A program made the position numbers and the translations under genes. From Felis catus (taxonomy: Eukaryota): DNA of 64,000 nucleotides. This document shows positions 62,793 through 64,000 of this stretch, piece after piece. The first letter of the stretch is position 1; the number at the start of each line of letters is the position of its first letter. The notes under the pieces are model-generated. The model was not told the DNA's origin. It ran no database searches and worked only from the letters and a program-made list of their open reading frames with translations. The DNA lies in contig NC_058368.1 in assembly GCF_018350175.1 (NCBI RefSeq), positions 65,226,001-65,290,000 of the forward strand. Direction: 5' to 3'.

Positions 62793-63230
62793 TTTCTGCT
62801 TCCAACCAGGATGGAATAACAAAGACCAAATTCACCCTCTCACTTGAAGCAAGTAGGAAAAAAAAAACAGTCATCGATATATGAAATAACGATTTTCAAG
62901 CTAGTTTAAAATCAGGTAGCAAGAAAGAGTCATCTCTGAGAGACAAGAAAGAGTTAAGTCCTGTGATTGCCCCAGCTTCCTCGCTTTGGGGAGTTTCTAG
63001 GCTACAGTGCAAGGAGAGGCAACCTACACAGAGCTTCGTGGACTCCCTGATTGGAGGAACAGAGGCTGTGAGGAGGTCAAGGCACCTGGAACTGGCGGGA
63101 AGAAGCCAAGGGGAGAGAGGTGCACAGAGAGGAAAATTATACCACATGGAAATATGGATCTACAAGAAGAATTAAGTGGACTGGACTTGGTGACTGCGTG
63201 GGTAAACAGTAAAGGGTTTTTTCTTGTTAT
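62793..63230 (+). mobile_element. Old L1M/HAL1-like 5' fragment
   Basis: ttctgcttccaaccaggatggaataacaaagacc...ctgtgattgccccagct...ggaaaattataccacatggaaatatggatctacaagaag. Confidence 0.55.
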
Positions 63231-63283
63231 TAAAAAAGTTGATTACAAAAATGCAGTGAATTTTACTACACATGGAGCTATAA

Positions 63284-63287
<4 letters not shown>

Positions 63288-63330
<43 letters not shown>
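63288..63330. repeat. (TA)n microsatellite
   Basis: Direct reading. Confidence 0.97.
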
Positions 63331-63331
<1 letters not shown>

Positions 63332-63339
63332 CAGGCATT

Positions 63340-64000
63340 TTGCTGTTTAATTTAAATATTAAATCCCATTAATTTCAGTGACTATTTTATATATTTTTTT
63401 GGAAATTGACATCTACTGAGAATGACATTTCTGTAATACCATTCTGATTTTTGTAGTTCTGACCATCGCCCATATTCCCGTAAGAAGAGTACAGTTTACT
63501 TTGTTTCCTTACTACAACGGATTACTATCGTATCACAAACTTAATAGTCTATCCAATAAGAAAGAATTATCAAAAGTACTCCAAACCATTGGCTTATAAA
63601 TCTTTGATATGATGAATGACTGCTAACTTTCTTTTACACTTTTAAGATATATGAACTAATTTTTACCAAGAAATCTGCAGCTGGAATGCTTTTCTTCTTA
63701 GTGTCTATAAATATTTAGAAAGTTCAATTATCATGCTTAAAATTGCCAGAGCTGGATTATGCTTAACCATTTAAAATATTGATTTGCTTAGATGTTCTTA
63801 GATAAAACTTTATCATTACAAGTTGAATTTAATGTTATTCCATAATGGACTTTTAACACTAAGTAATAAATGAGGCTCTATGTAGATAAGTAGTTTTCTT
63901 GGTCTCTTTATCTTAACTGAAAGAATTCATTACTAGGGGAATTTTTGCCCCTAACTGCTCCAAAACTCATAGGAAACATTCATTTTTGAGCAACCAGATA
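63340..64000 (-). mobile_element. Decayed L1M fragment
   Basis: tttatcattacaagttgaatttaatgttattcc and tgtttcctt...ggattactatc resemble antisense ORF2; weak. Confidence 0.4.

Noticed and set aside
1..64000. CRISPR arrays, operons, prokaryotic defence systems
   Set aside because: The sequence is mammalian; the recurring repeats are SINE copies, not repeat-spacer arrays.

Overview
Repeat-dense mammalian genomic DNA. Feliform CAN-SINEs (including the CpG-rich felid SINEC_Fc type) and carnivore/felid L1s point to a cat-family genome. I recognise no intact protein-coding gene, RNA gene, CpG island or CRISPR array. The ORF-track hits are L1 ORF1/ORF2 fragments, ERV gag remnants, SINE or microsatellite read-throughs, or chance ORFs. 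Main content: a full-length decayed L1 (3624-10091, minus strand, with TSD); a second 5'-intact L1 (15003-19300, plus strand) with a tandem-duplicated 5'UTR and a ~2.1 kb internal deletion of the RT region; an ERV1 (MER34/MER39-like) LTR with gag remnant; about 25 CAN-SINEs, several nested; and old L1M, L2, MIR, MaLR, ERVL-type and hAT fragments. Most notable observations: the RT-less L1, a probable L1 3' transduction (21929-22227), antisense SINE-into-SINE insertion twice at the same host motif, a well-formed 19-nt micro-exon candidate, and dense transcription-factor motif clusters (three T-box sites; FOX/RUNX/STAT6/GATA). I cannot support a wholly new biological system from sequence alone. 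Repeat subfamily names come from recalled consensus similarity and need RepeatMasker/Dfam confirmation.
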